This document shows, piece by piece, positions 62,910 to 64,000 of a stretch of 64,000 nucleotides of DNA (the first letter of the stretch is position 1; every line of letters begins with the position of its first letter). Source of the stretch: the human T2T-CHM13v2.0 reference genome, Homo sapiens. The notes beneath the pieces are model-generated. The model searched no databases. It was given only the letters and a program-made list of their open reading frames with translations, and was not told the origin of the DNA. A program made the position numbers and the translations under genes. The stretch lies in the NCBI RefSeq assembly GCF_009914755.1, contig NC_060939.1, one strand, 5' to 3'.

Positions 62910-63079
62910 CTGAGTGGTGGCATATACCTGTACTACCAGCTACTTGGGAGGCTGAGGTTGGAGGACCACTTAAGCCCAGGAGTTGGAGACTGTAGTGAGT
63001 TATGATTGCACCACTGCACTCCAGGCTGGATGACAGAGAGAGACCTTGTCTCTAAAAAAATAAAATTAAAATTAAAAAA
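62910..63079 (+). mobile_element. Alu right-arm monomer (FRAM/AluJ)
   Basis: Right-arm consensus plus A-rich tail. Confidence 0.8.
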
Positions 63080-63657
63080 TGATACTAGTGCTCCAGGTAG
63101 AAATGTTAAAACAAAGAGAAAACAATATTCTACTTGATTAATTGAAGCTATCAAGCAGACCAACTTGAATTTTCTTCTGAAGCAACTTGAATTTTGGGAC
63201 TCAAGCATGTAAAGCCATTATTTACTTTTCTTTCCAATCTATAATCTATATCCTTCTACTTTATCTGAAAATCAATTAAAATAATTATTGAGCACATATG
63301 TGTTAGCACTGTGCCAGGTGCTATAGGGAAAAAGAAAGTATGAAGCACCCCATCCTTAGGAATAAGACTTACTTAGATGAAGAAAGGAGGCCTTCCCTGC
63401 AGGGGTGACAGCACAAAGAGAGAAAAAAAGTAAGATTCAAGCTGAGAAAGAGCTATTTCTTACTATCAGAAATCATCTTGTCTATCAAAGGTAGAGCCAA
63501 GCAGACAAACTTAAACCAAATACAGTAGGCATGGGAAGCCTACTGTAATTACATTACATTAAGTAATATGACCAAATAAACTGAAGTTAGAGATGACAGT
63601 AGTGGATGTGGAGGAAGCAGAGATTATGAGTTTCTATTTGAACTTAGTGTTTGCCAC

Positions 63658-64000
63658 TGTAAAGAGTTGAACTGTGTCCTCACAAAAAGATATGTTCATG
63701 TAATAACCCCTCCTCTACCTCACCCTCTCCCCTGGCCAGCTGCGAATACGACCTTTTTTAGAAACAATCTTTGCAGATGTAGTAATCAAGATGAGGTCGC
63801 ATTGCATTAGGGTGAGCCCTTCCTTATAAGAAGAGAGAACACACAGAGACAGATGAGACATATGGAAGAAGCCCATGTGACCACAGAGGCAGGGACTGGA
63901 GTGATGCAGCTACAAGCCAAGGAAGGCCAAGGATGCAGGCAGCCGCCAAAAGCTAGGACTGAGGCATGAACAGACTCCCTCAGAGCCTTCAGAAGGAACC
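63658..64000 (+). mobile_element. MLT1B/C LTR, cut by the window end
   Basis: tgtaaagagttgaactgtgtcc...gagccttcagaaggaacc. Confidence 0.85.

Overview
AT-rich, CpG-poor primate genomic DNA with no CpG island. AluY-type elements point to a catarrhine (human or ape-like). Roughly half or more of the window is interspersed repeat: Alu, L1PA/L1MA/L1MB/L1MC/L1MD/L1ME, L2, MIR, MaLR and ERV1 LTRs, hAT and Tigger DNA transposons. Repeat subfamily names come from remembered consensus sequences and are approximate. No intact protein-coding gene, rRNA, tRNA or CRISPR array is supported, and the ORF-track entries are repeat-derived or chance frames. The main non-repeat signal is a cluster of four canonical AG/GT-flanked exons on the minus strand at 31.6-33.6 kb. 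They join into a basic, Ser/Arg/Lys-rich reading frame broken by one TAA and one 1-nt phase slip, consistent with a disabled gene or lncRNA. From unverified memory the peptide resembles the putative C6orf99/LINC02901 protein. Further candidate minus-strand non-coding exons, an RFX X-box promoter candidate near 22.9 kb, and a strong + strand bias of L1/Alu fit an intronic position in a long minus-strand transcription unit. Two ancient DNA-transposon transposase fossils are readable by translation: hAT-Charlie at about 52.6-54.9 kb (+) and pogo/Tigger at about 45.0-45.9 kb (-). A cluster of templated rearrangements lies at 58.6-62.5 kb, including a 119-bp inverted repeat with 116/119 identity.
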